DNA from: an uncultured Gammaproteobacteria bacterium
Lineage (GTDB): Bacteria > Patescibacteriota > Microgenomatia > UBA8517
Direction of reading: 5' to 3'
DNA length: 64,000 bases
Assembly: GCA_964587425.1 (NCBI GenBank)
Contig: CAZPLB010000001.1
Span: 145,518 to 209,517, forward strand
Made by a program: the position numbers and the translations under genes. The notes beneath the pieces are model-generated. The model made no database searches. It had not been told where the DNA came from and saw only the letters and a program-made list of their open reading frames with translations. Shown piece after piece: positions 27,877-36,283 of the stretch (its first letter is position 1; the number at the start of each line of letters is the position of its first letter).

Positions 27877-27879
27877 TTT

Positions 27880-29163
27880 TTAAATACTATATTTCCAAAT
27901 TAAGACTGATATCATTATCAGCCCTATACTCATGATAGATACCATAATAGTCGGTGTCAAGTCACCAGAAACTGGTATTGCTGAATCTGTTGCTGGGAGG
28001 GAATGTCTGCCCGACGGCGTTGCAGTAGCTGATGGTGTTGAAACAAATGATGGAGCGTCTGAGGCCAGAACGGTAAAATTTCTGGTTATTGTTTGAAGAA
28101 CACCTTGCGCGTTTTTCCACGAAATTGTTAATTTGTGGGTTCCTGGTTCAAGATTATCTGGGGGGGTCCATTCCCAAATTCCTGTTGGGGAGGTGATTGT
28201 GGTGTCGGTTATGATTTCTGACTGGACAATAATAGTCAGGGTTGTATTTGCTGGGCCCTTGCCAAAGAACTCTGGAGAGCTCGTTGCTATAACTTCTTTT
28301 TCTTTAACACTTTCTATTGTTACAACTGTTGGAAGAGTTCCTGACGGAGATGCACCGGCAAGATTGAAAGATGGGTTTGCAGATGCGGTACTATCCGGCA
28401 GATTTATATCTGCTGTCGGGGACGTTTCATTTTGTCCTTCGGCTCCAGTTTGTCTGAAGTCATATGTTTGCCCCAATTGCATTAATTGAACTGGGTTGGC
28501 GTTTTGCATGAAAACCTGTGCGGAAGCAATGCCTTTTGTTCCACCTTGTACGAAAATTTGTAGGGGGGTTGTTGGAGTAAGAGTTACAAAATTAGTTAGA
28601 TCTACTGTTCTTGCTTTTGAGATTGGGATAGTCCAAGCGCCAGTTCCCGTAGTTAGTACTGAAACAGCAGTTCCATTTTGAGGGGTTACATATACGATTG
28701 CTTCTCCAACTGCTTGTTCAGTAGCCGTCTGTACTTGACCTGTGGCTATTTGGGAGGTTGGCTCTGTAGCTAAAGCTATTGATGTGGAAGTGGTCCAAGG
28801 AATTCCTGAATTGTCATATACAGTTCCGTCTGAATTTATTTTGAAAAAATAACTGGTTGAAGGGGCAAGACCAGTAATGTTTACCCAGTGGGTGGTTGAG
28901 GGTGTGTTTTCAGCTATTGTATTTTGTCCAAGAGATGCAGTTTCTCCATACTGGACGAACCCTACAACCTCTTTTTGCGTTATCCAGGAAACAGTAATCG
29001 ATGCATTGCTTATGTTTGTAATCCTGACGTCTTGGGGAGCAGAGTCTGGGGAAGCGCCCAATTTAAAGATGGTTGATGAGTTTGTTGCGATTACTCCTGC
29101 CATTATGCCGAGAGCCAAAATTACAATCGCAATTATGGTTGGGAACTTTCTTGTTTTAATCAT
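27880..29163 (-). CDS. Fibronectin-type-III-like cell-surface protein with C-terminal TM anchor
   Basis: N-terminal signal anchor. FN3-like block (PQDVRITNISNASITVSW..YFFKINSDG). C-terminus LPATDSAIPVSGDLTPT followed by a hydrophobic helix and KYSI. Confidence 0.45.
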   Translation of the reverse strand: MIKTRKFPTIIAIVILALGIMAGVIATNSSTIFKLGASPDSAPQDVRITNISNASITVSWITQKEVVGFVQYGETASLGQNTIAENTPSTTHWVNITGLAPSTSYFFKINSDGTVYDNSGIPWTTSTSIALATEPTSQIATGQVQTATEQAVGEAIVYVTPQNGTAVSVLTTGTGAWTIPISKARTVDLTNFVTLTPTTPLQIFVQGGTKGIASAQVFMQNANPVQLMQLGQTYDFRQTGAEGQNETSPTADINLPDSTASANPSFNLAGASPSGTLPTVVTIESVKEKEVIATSSPEFFGKGPANTTLTIIVQSEIITDTTITSPTGIWEWTPPDNLEPGTHKLTISWKNAQGVLQTITRNFTVLASDAPSFVSTPSATATPSGRHSLPATDSAIPVSGDLTPTIMVSIMSIGLIMISVLIWKYSI

Positions 29164-29184
29164 ACATATTTCATATTACATTCT

Positions 29185-29532
29185 TCATGGACTGGTTGCC
29201 ACTGGCGTTCCCGATGGCGATGCAGTCGGGGTCGCCGATTCTGTTGCCACTGGCGCTTCTGTCACTTCCGGTGTTGGAACTGGAGTAGGGGTTTGGTTCT
29301 CCGCAGTAAGGTTTCCTACTTCACTTTCCCCAAGATTTATTCTTTTTGATAGCCCATTCAATATATTTTGATCGAGTGTTGGATTCAGAGGTAAAATGAT
29401 TTCCTCAGGAACAACTGGAGGCGGTTTATGGGTGATTGTTCTATAGACTTCAAAGGCAACCCAAAAAATTACAGTAATGAGAGTTAATACTGCAGTTGTA
29501 ACAAGAGTTGGTGTTTTTAGTTTTTTTCTCAT
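29185..29532 (-). CDS. Small bitopic Pro/Thr-rich protein
   Basis: N-terminal TM then PTPVPTPEVTEAP low-complexity tail. Overlaps pilO stop by 4 nt. Confidence 0.35.
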   Translation of the reverse strand: MRKKLKTPTLVTTAVLTLITVIFWVAFEVYRTITHKPPPVVPEEIILPLNPTLDQNILNGLSKRINLGESEVGNLTAENQTPTPVPTPEVTEAPVATESATPTASPSGTPVATSP

Positions 29533-30149
29533 TTGTTGCTGTATGGAATAATAGCGGTGTAATTTAGTATAAAGTCTTTACTTTCGATTGCTTCGTTTAA
29601 AATTTCACTTACAGTTTGAGGGGAGGCTGGACGTAAAAGATTTTCTACGTCTTTTGCGAAGTCTGAAATTTCTTTGTACGAAGGGCTTTTTGCAGATATT
29701 GAGATTTCAAAAGAATTTGAGGGCTGTTGGGTTTGATTTTGAGGTGTTACCAATGGTATTTCACCAGTTTTTGTACTTGTAATTACTACATTATCTTTTA
29801 GGGCTATTCCTTCAATTTGTCTAACATAGCTTTCTGGTTCGGCACTACTTGGTATTGCTTTATTAAGTAGATCTATATTTTCCCTTTGTTCCTGCAGCAA
29901 GTTTTGTGCAATTGCTAGGTTATTTGCTTTTTCTGTTAGTTCTTGCAGTGTTCCTTTTTTTGCATTTATCTCAGTTAAAAGTGTTCCTACGGTTACAAGT
30001 GTTGGACGAATTGCAAAGATTGCAAAGAGAGTAATTGTAAATATAGATAGTAGTAGTTCAAGATATGCTTTTATATCCGGCCTTGTTTGATAGAGGGCAG
30101 CAATGTCCAGTAAATATTTTTGATATGTTGTTTTAGGTTTAGTTGCCAT
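29529..30149 (-). CDS. pilO: Type IV pilus assembly protein PilO-like
   Basis: Short cytoplasmic N-terminus, one TM, coiled-coil (INAKKGTLQELTEKANNLAIAQNLLQEQRENIDLL), periplasmic domain. Sits immediately after pilN. Confidence 0.5.
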   Translation of the reverse strand: MATKPKTTYQKYLLDIAALYQTRPDIKAYLELLLSIFTITLFAIFAIRPTLVTVGTLLTEINAKKGTLQELTEKANNLAIAQNLLQEQRENIDLLNKAIPSSAEPESYVRQIEGIALKDNVVITSTKTGEIPLVTPQNQTQQPSNSFEISISAKSPSYKEISDFAKDVENLLRPASPQTVSEILNEAIESKDFILNYTAIIPYSNK

Positions 30150-30696
30150 TTTGAATAATTACGTTTGTGTTTAGAGAGAATCCAATTCCCGTTTCGTCAG
30201 CTTTCTTTTCAATTCTAGTAAGTTTTATGTTTTGAAAGCTATTTGTATTTTCAAGGTTTGCAATTAACTGCACTGCATCTTTTTCGCTTTGAGCTTTGGC
30301 TTGTATTTGCAGGTTATTGCCTTTGAGGAGAATATTTTCGAGTACTACTTCTGGAGGGAGGTTTGATGTAATTTTTTGAGTTATAGATGAAATTTTTGGA
30401 CCGCTTGTAAATTGACTGAAGATTGATAGTTTTGCTTGGGTTAACCTGAATTCATCTTCTATAGATTTATATGAACCTACAATTACTCTTTCTTGATTTA
30501 TGGAATCTGTTAAATCATTATTTTGCGCATCCAACCAAAAGCGGGAAAGGAAGGCAAGCATGACAATCATTTCAGTTGAAATAACTATCATTCTGAAAGT
30601 ACCAAGTAGCCACTTCAGGGTTCTTCCAAGAGTAGAGGCTTGGAATTCTTCTTGGGGTAAAAGATTAATTTCAGTAGGCAGTTTATTTTTAGCCAT
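30139..30696 (-). CDS. pilN: Type IV pilus assembly protein PilN
   Basis: Conserved N-terminal INLLP motif (TEINLLPQEEF) followed by a single TM and a periplasmic domain. Confidence 0.65.
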   Translation of the reverse strand: MAKNKLPTEINLLPQEEFQASTLGRTLKWLLGTFRMIVISTEMIVMLAFLSRFWLDAQNNDLTDSINQERVIVGSYKSIEDEFRLTQAKLSIFSQFTSGPKISSITQKITSNLPPEVVLENILLKGNNLQIQAKAQSEKDAVQLIANLENTNSFQNIKLTRIEKKADETGIGFSLNTNVIIQNGN

Positions 30697-30748
30697 GGCA
30701 GATAGATTGAGCTATTTCATAGTAGCATATGAAAGATTGTGAAAGAAG

Positions 30749-31354
30749 TTAATTTGTGAACTTGAAAGTGGAGAGGATTTGATTGAAGATTTTAAGATCT
30801 TCGGATTTGATTGGTTGAATCGTATTCTGGTCATATGTTAAAGATTGATTTGGAGTTAAAAATGGAGTTAATGCTTGTATGGAAAAAACAAAATATTTGT
30901 TTTGTAGCTTCACTTCGTAAGTAATATATTTTTGTGGAATATTGCCCCCAACAGATCCGATATAACCCGATATTTTTACTGCTGGTTTTCCTCCGAGAGT
31001 AGTGTTTTCTTGAGATTCAACAAATGGGCAGTCGCCTTGGCAAGATAAAAATGAGGTGGAATTGTATCTCCATGTAATATTCCCGTTGAGGTAGGGTGTG
31101 ACGTAAGAATTAGTGTCTAGGTTATAATTTTCCGGATACTTGAAATTATAGATGTCGCCTGAGTATGTTTTCCAGTTGATTGTTAGGTTTTGGGTTGGAG
31201 AAGCAGATGGAGATGAATATGAAATTGGCGTTGGAGTCGGGAGATAATTCACAGTTCCATTTTTCTTTCCCAAGTAAAAAGCACCGGCGATGGCTACTAT
31301 TATTAAAACTACAACTAAAATTAGGATTGGTGTAAAACCTTTATTTTTGTTCAT
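30749..31354 (-). CDS. Pilin-like protein (type IV pilin/pseudopilin-like N-terminus), paralog family member
   Basis: N-terminus MNKNKGFTPILILVVVLIIVAIAGAFYLGKK. It has a class-III-like leader with GF at the cleavage position but no Glu at +5. Asn/Tyr/Thr-rich beta-type C-terminal domain. Confidence 0.5.
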   Translation of the reverse strand: MNKNKGFTPILILVVVLIIVAIAGAFYLGKKNGTVNYLPTPTPISYSSPSASPTQNLTINWKTYSGDIYNFKYPENYNLDTNSYVTPYLNGNITWRYNSTSFLSCQGDCPFVESQENTTLGGKPAVKISGYIGSVGGNIPQKYITYEVKLQNKYFVFSIQALTPFLTPNQSLTYDQNTIQPIKSEDLKIFNQILSTFKFTN

Positions 31355-32052
31355 TGGGTGAATTTGAGAGTAGAAACTATATCATCCATCTCGCGTATGC
31401 TTGCGTAATCTAGATTTTTATTCTGTATATTTTGTGCGGTGAAATTTTTTGAGTAATAAGTTATTGTTACGTTTTTATATGAGAATGTGTATTGGTATGT
31501 TGAATTGGCACCAAAAAATATTGGTTGGGGATGGGGGTCTGGTTCGTCTCCTCCAGACCAGTATTTTCCGTTTTCTAGGTTGAGTCTATATGCAGGAGAT
31601 TCGAATGCTTTTATGGCACGATAGTCTGTTGTATTTACTCCGTTTACTCCACCGGTTGGTTGATCTTTTTGAAAATTTATTTCTATTTCCCAGTCTGAAT
31701 TTTTGCTTAACCTTATGATATCAACATTTCCATACTGTGCACTGACTGTGTAATGGCCAGGATCGTTGGCAACCTCTCCTTTTTTAACCGTTTTTGTTGT
31801 TAAGATCCAGGGAGTTGGATATTGAAAATTAAAATTATTTGGGCTTGTGTAAGTTTTCAAGTTTGCTGTTGGATTTAGGGTCGGTGAAATTGAAATAGTT
31901 GGAGATGGATTTGGATACGATATTGGAGTGGAAGTTGGGGAATACACAACTGTTCCTTTTTTTGTTCCTAGGTAAAATGCTCCTGCAATGGCTGCAAGAA
32001 TTAAAACTACAACTAAGATTATGATTGGTGTAAAACCTTTGCGGTTTGGCAT
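31351..32052 (-). CDS. Pilin-like protein, paralog family member
   Basis: N-terminus MPNRKGFTPIIILVVVLILAAIAGAFYLGTKKG. C-terminus ends with STLKFTQ like the other paralogs (STFKFTN/STFKFTK). Start overlaps the rpsT stop (TAATG). Confidence 0.5.
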   Translation of the reverse strand: MPNRKGFTPIIILVVVLILAAIAGAFYLGTKKGTVVYSPTSTPISYPNPSPTISISPTLNPTANLKTYTSPNNFNFQYPTPWILTTKTVKKGEVANDPGHYTVSAQYGNVDIIRLSKNSDWEIEINFQKDQPTGGVNGVNTTDYRAIKAFESPAYRLNLENGKYWSGGDEPDPHPQPIFFGANSTYQYTFSYKNVTITYYSKNFTAQNIQNKNLDYASIREMDDIVSTLKFTQ

Positions 32053-32345
32053 TACTTAGACTTTAGCACCTTTTTCTTTTTAGGTGCAACTGTCTTTTTG
32101 GCTGATTTTTCTGGTTTTGCTAGTTTTGCAAGCATGCTTTTTATTCTTGCAGCTTTATTTTTGTGAATGGTATGCTTTTTGGCTGCACGATCGGCAAGAG
32201 AAAGCGCCTTTTTAATGGTTGCTACTGTTTTTGTTTTTTTTGCTTGTCGAACTGCAACCTCAAGTGAGGTTATAATTTTTTTGTTGACAAGGGCTTTTCG
32301 GGCTGATCCTCTAAGAGCTCTTTTGGCTGTATACGTAACTGGCAT
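32052..32345 (-). CDS. rpsT: 30S ribosomal protein S20
   Basis: Basic 97-aa protein with bS20 pattern (SARKALVNKKIITSLEVAVRQAKK..AKKHTIHKNKAARIKSMLAK). Confidence 0.8.
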   Translation of the reverse strand: MPVTYTAKRALRGSARKALVNKKIITSLEVAVRQAKKTKTVATIKKALSLADRAAKKHTIHKNKAARIKSMLAKLAKPEKSAKKTVAPKKKKVLKSK

Positions 32346-32386
32346 GTTCGAATTATAATCGAACCAGGCTTAAATATCAAATAACT

Positions 32387-34063
32387 ATGAATGAAATATT
32401 TTCGAAGGGTAAAAAGATAATTCTTTCAGAGCAGACTTCGATTTTGTCTGCTGCATCTATTATTATGGTGATGACGATAGCATCCCAAATTTTGGGGCTA
32501 TTCCGTCAGCGCATTGTTCTTCACTTTTTTAATCCAACTGATTCAGCTCTTTTCTTTGCAGCTTTGAGGCTGCCAGAGCTTCTTTTTGAGGTTCTTGTTT
32601 TTGGAATGTTTTCTTCAGCTTTCATCCCTGTTTTTACTAAACTATTCAAGAAAAGCCATGATGAAGCCTGGGAGACTGCTGGACGAGTAGTTACTATTAG
32701 CTTACTTATTTTTGGAGTGTTTGCCATAGTGATGGGCATTTTTGCAGAAAGTATTTATGGAGCCGTTGCACCTGGGTTTAGCCATGAACAAATAAAGACA
32801 ATTGCTAATTTGGCTCGAATAATGTTTTTTGCTCAGGGAATTTTTATTGTGAGTTATGTTTTGACGAGCGTTTTGGAGAGCTTGAGGCGTTTTTTGATTC
32901 CGGCTTTGGCTCCATTACTATACAACTTGGGACTCATCATTGGGACTCTTACATTGAGCCCACATATTGGGCTAATGGGGCCTGCAGTTGGTGTGGTTAT
33001 TGGGGCACTCACGCATTTCTTGATTCAACTTCCTCTTGCTATGAAACTTGGTTTTAGATTTACGAAGAGTGTGAGACCAACTGAGGGAGTGAAAAGCATT
33101 GCGCATTTGGCTGCACCACGACTAGTGGATCTTTCATTTCAGCAAGTTGCTGAAACAACGGTACTGCATTTTGCATCCCTTATTTCAGCTGCTTCCTATA
33201 CCTACTTCACGCTCGCTAATTCATTGCAGCTTGCACCAGTTCGTCTTTTTGGTACCTCTTTGGCGAAGGCAGCTCTTCCAACTTTAACTCGCGAGAGCGA
33301 TGATCTTGAAAAATTCAAAGGGATACTATTCAAGACTTTGTATCAAATCTTTTTCCTCGTTGCACCAGTATCAGCAATGTTCATAGTTCTTCGAATTCCT
33401 GCAATTCGAATTTTCTTTGGAACCTCTATCTTTGACTGGAATTCAACTGTCGAGACTGGGATGGTTCTTACTGCTTTTGCTATTGGAATACCTTTTCAGA
33501 CTGGAGTCGCTATGCTTGCTCGTGCATTCTATGCAATTCATGACACTAGAACTCCAGTTATTATCTCTGTTATTGGGGATACTGTGGTTATTGTTGGTGA
33601 TTTTATCTTGGTCAAGGGATTTGGTCTTCCTTCCTGGGCACTTGCACTATCGTTTTCATTGGGAGCCTTTATTGAGACTATTGTTTTACTATTCCTTTTG
33701 AGACGAAGGCTTAATAACTTTTCGATATTGAAAATGACTTTTCCAATGCTCAAGACACTTTTTGCAACTTTGGCTTCAGGGGGAGTTATGTATTATTTAT
33801 TGAAGTTTTTTGATAAATGGGTGCCTGCAAGGATACCAAAACCAATTGCATTTGAAAACTTTGTACTAGATACAAGGTATACCGGCAACCTGATTATTTT
33901 GACCATTCTGGTTGGGCTTATGGGGTTAGCGGTTTATATAATAGTCTCCTTTATTCTGAGGTCTGAGGAACTGTATGCTATAGCTCGGGTTATTTGGAAA
34001 CGAAAACTTGCAATACTTCCAACAAAGAAAACAGAACCGCTTAACCCACTTGACAACATTTAG
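32387..34063 (+). CDS. murJ: Lipid II flippase MurJ (MviN)
   Basis: 14-TM MOP-family protein with MurJ N-terminal pattern (SAASIIMVMTIASQILGLFRQRIVLHFF..DSALFFAALRLPELLFEVLVFG). Confidence 0.85.
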   Translation: MNEIFSKGKKIILSEQTSILSAASIIMVMTIASQILGLFRQRIVLHFFNPTDSALFFAALRLPELLFEVLVFGMFSSAFIPVFTKLFKKSHDEAWETAGRVVTISLLIFGVFAIVMGIFAESIYGAVAPGFSHEQIKTIANLARIMFFAQGIFIVSYVLTSVLESLRRFLIPALAPLLYNLGLIIGTLTLSPHIGLMGPAVGVVIGALTHFLIQLPLAMKLGFRFTKSVRPTEGVKSIAHLAAPRLVDLSFQQVAETTVLHFASLISAASYTYFTLANSLQLAPVRLFGTSLAKAALPTLTRESDDLEKFKGILFKTLYQIFFLVAPVSAMFIVLRIPAIRIFFGTSIFDWNSTVETGMVLTAFAIGIPFQTGVAMLARAFYAIHDTRTPVIISVIGDTVVIVGDFILVKGFGLPSWALALSFSLGAFIETIVLLFLLRRRLNNFSILKMTFPMLKTLFATLASGGVMYYLLKFFDKWVPARIPKPIAFENFVLDTRYTGNLIILTILVGLMGLAVYIIVSFILRSEELYAIARVIWKRKLAILPTKKTEPLNPLDNI

Positions 34064-34086
34064 CACTCGTATTATATTAGTGCTAA
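34060..34086. promoter_or_regulatory. CIRCE operator (HrcA binding site) with upstream TTGACA
   Basis: ttagcactc-gtattatat-tagtgctaa versus consensus TTAGCACTC-N9-GAGTGCTAA (one mismatch). TTGACA lies at 34051-34056. It sits directly upstream of hrcA. Confidence 0.75.
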
Positions 34087-34087
34087 G

Positions 34088-34813
34088 ATGACGCCTGGAC
34101 TTACTGCACGACAAACACTTCTTTTGAAGGCTATTGTGGATGAATATATAGCAACGGCTTTACCCGTTGGATCATCATCACTAGATCGCAAATATAATCT
34201 TGGTGTTTCGCCTGCAACCATTCGGGCTGAAATGGCTGAACTAACAAGTCTGAAGTATTTAAGGCAGCCGCACACCTCGAGCGGACGGGTTCCAACTCCA
34301 GCTGCAATGAAGTTTTACATTAACCAGTTGATGGAAGAGAAACACTTGGGGGTAGCCGAGGAAGTTCGGGCAAAAGAGGAAGTGTGGGATGCAAGGGGGG
34401 ATTTTGATCGGTTGATGAATGAGGCTACACAAGTTCTTGCTGAGAAGACACACTCTTTGGCCATAGCTGCGACAGATGATGGTGACATTTGGAAGGCTGG
34501 AATGAAAAATGTGTTTGATGACCCTGAGTTTAGTGACAATGATGTGTGTCATGATATTTTTTCGATGATTGAGGAGGCAAAACTCCTTCATGAACTTTTC
34601 TTTGAAAGATTAACGGGACTAGCGCCTGTTGAAATTCTTTTTGGACAAGAGATGGCTTGGCCAACATTGGGAGACGTTGGAGTGGTTGCGGCACAATTTA
34701 ATATCAAAGGCAAAAAAGGTGCGATTGGAGTAGTTGGACCATTTAGACGGTCGCCAAGCGTAATTCCAACTGTTCGCTATATTGGTGGACTGTTGCAGGA
34801 ACTAATGGCATAG
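34088..34813 (+). CDS. hrcA: Heat-inducible transcription repressor HrcA
   Basis: LTARQTLLLKAIVDEYIATALPVGSSSL..LGVSPATIRAEMAELTSLKYLRQPHTSSGRVPT is canonical HrcA. Confidence 0.85.
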   Translation: MTPGLTARQTLLLKAIVDEYIATALPVGSSSLDRKYNLGVSPATIRAEMAELTSLKYLRQPHTSSGRVPTPAAMKFYINQLMEEKHLGVAEEVRAKEEVWDARGDFDRLMNEATQVLAEKTHSLAIAATDDGDIWKAGMKNVFDDPEFSDNDVCHDIFSMIEEAKLLHELFFERLTGLAPVEILFGQEMAWPTLGDVGVVAAQFNIKGKKGAIGVVGPFRRSPSVIPTVRYIGGLLQELMA

Positions 34814-34843
34814 CCTCACGGTTTGTAATATATAAAAAAAATT

Positions 34844-35320
34844 ATGGTAAAGAAAACAAAAGTAAAAAGAGAAAGTAAACAGGAGGAGACTCAGAAACCG
34901 GAAGTTTCTGATGTTGAGGTTATTCAACTTAAGAATCAATTGGTTCGAGCACTTGCTGACTATGATAATTTAATTAAAAGAACAGAGCAGGAAAAGATGA
35001 CTTGGGTTAAGTTTTCTACTCAAAAATTGGTTCAGGATTTACTGCCCGTTTTAGATACTTTCGAGCATGCACAGGAACATACCAAGGATCCAGGGCTTGG
35101 GATTGCAATTAGTCAATTCAAAGAGGTATTGAAAAATGAGGGACTAACTGAGATTAGGCCGAATGTTGGGGATGTTTTTGATGAAAACCTTCATGAAGTA
35201 GTTGATGTTATTCAGGGAGTGGATGATGGAAAAATTGCTGAGGTTATATCATCTGGGTGGAAATTTATTGATGGCATGGTAGTGAGACATGCTAAGGTTA
35301 AGGTGTTCAAGAAAGCTTAA
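34844..35320 (+). CDS. grpE: Nucleotide exchange factor GrpE
   Basis: Lys/Glu-rich N-terminus. The GrpE dimerisation helix and beta-domain are present (LVRALADYDNLIKRTEQEK...VVRHAKVKVFK). Confidence 0.85.
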   Translation: MVKKTKVKRESKQEETQKPEVSDVEVIQLKNQLVRALADYDNLIKRTEQEKMTWVKFSTQKLVQDLLPVLDTFEHAQEHTKDPGLGIAISQFKEVLKNEGLTEIRPNVGDVFDENLHEVVDVIQGVDDGKIAEVISSGWKFIDGMVVRHAKVKVFKKA

Positions 35321-35344
35321 AAACTTTTTGATAAGATCTAGATT

Positions 35345-35857
35345 ATGGAGTACAAATTCGAAAGACAAATAGAGACGCCAGAGGAAACTATTAATGCTTA
35401 TTTGGCTAGATTGGATATTATTTGGGATTTTTATAAAAAGGATGGAAAGTTGGATAGTTTTAGTCCAGATGAGGTGAATATTCTATCTAGACTTACTAGA
35501 TTTGAAGTTGCGAGTGTCGCTTCTTTGGATAGTTCGTTGACGACTGAAGTAACTGGTATTGATAAAAAAACTGAAGAAGAGAGAATGAAAGATTGGAGTA
35601 AGGGACAGAAAAATGCCGTTGCCATCCGCATGAATTATTTGAGCGATTTGGTTTTGGGTTGGAAGCTTGTTCCGTGGAAAGATGCACAAGAAAAACTTGT
35701 TCAAAGTGGATTGAAATTGAAGATTGTTACTCGCGATCCAGATCCGAGGTTTGAAAGGAAAGCTGACCCGCATGAAGTAAAAGGGGGTTCGAGTACTCTT
35801 GGACGGCTTGGCGGTACAAACCCAATAACTTGGGAAGATGATAGTGGACGAAGGTAA
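35345..35857 (+). CDS. Hypothetical protein (170 aa) inserted between grpE and dnaK
   Basis: ORF only. Charged and soluble, with no known motif. Confidence 0.35.
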   Translation: MEYKFERQIETPEETINAYLARLDIIWDFYKKDGKLDSFSPDEVNILSRLTRFEVASVASLDSSLTTEVTGIDKKTEEERMKDWSKGQKNAVAIRMNYLSDLVLGWKLVPWKDAQEKLVQSGLKLKIVTRDPDPRFERKADPHEVKGGSSTLGRLGGTNPITWEDDSGRR

Positions 35858-35901
35858 AAGTTTACAAAAACGAAGAGGTTAAAAAGCCTCTTGACAAACT
35901 T

Positions 35902-35928
35902 TTGGCAGTCGTTGTATATTAGTGCTAA
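35902..35928. promoter_or_regulatory. Degenerate CIRCE-like inverted repeat with upstream TTGACA
   Basis: ttggcagtc-gttgtatat-tagtgctaa has the same 9-N9-9 geometry, two mismatches in the left arm and one in the right. cttgacaaac lies at 35890-35899. Confidence 0.35.
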
Positions 35929-35937
35929 TAAAGGTAT

Positions 35938-36282
35938 ATGAAAGAAGGCGTTGTAGTTATTCCTAAAGATTTGGTTGATAGTGGGATTGCAAGTTGGAAA
36001 GCGGCAAGAGAAACAAATAAAATAAAAGATACTACAAGACCGGAAGTTTATAGAGCGATTGGGAGATTTGTAACAGAACTTGTAGTACCAGGAATTTATG
36101 TAGAGGAGGGAGAAGTTTTAATACATTCAGAGGACTGGTATATTAATGGAAGTGAAAAACAAAGAAAGTTTTACGAGATAATAGATGGATTGAGTGCGAG
36201 TGAGACGTCTAAAATGATAAGTGTTGGTAAGACTATTGCACGGAGGTTAGCTAAAGAGATTTTAAAAGGAGAAATTAAATAA
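35938..36282 (+). CDS. Hypothetical protein (114 aa) immediately upstream of dnaK
   Basis: ORF preceded by the CIRCE-like element. The stop is 2 nt before the dnaK start. Confidence 0.35.
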   Translation: MKEGVVVIPKDLVDSGIASWKAARETNKIKDTTRPEVYRAIGRFVTELVVPGIYVEEGEVLIHSEDWYINGSEKQRKFYEIIDGLSASETSKMISVGKTIARRLAKEILKGEIK

Positions 36283-36283
36283 T

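Noticed and set aside
28993-29163. LPATD near the C-terminus of the FN3-like protein as a sortase signal
   Set aside because: The motif is separated from the hydrophobic helix by about 13 residues and ends in D rather than G. It is kept only as a weak secondary candidate, not as a called feature.
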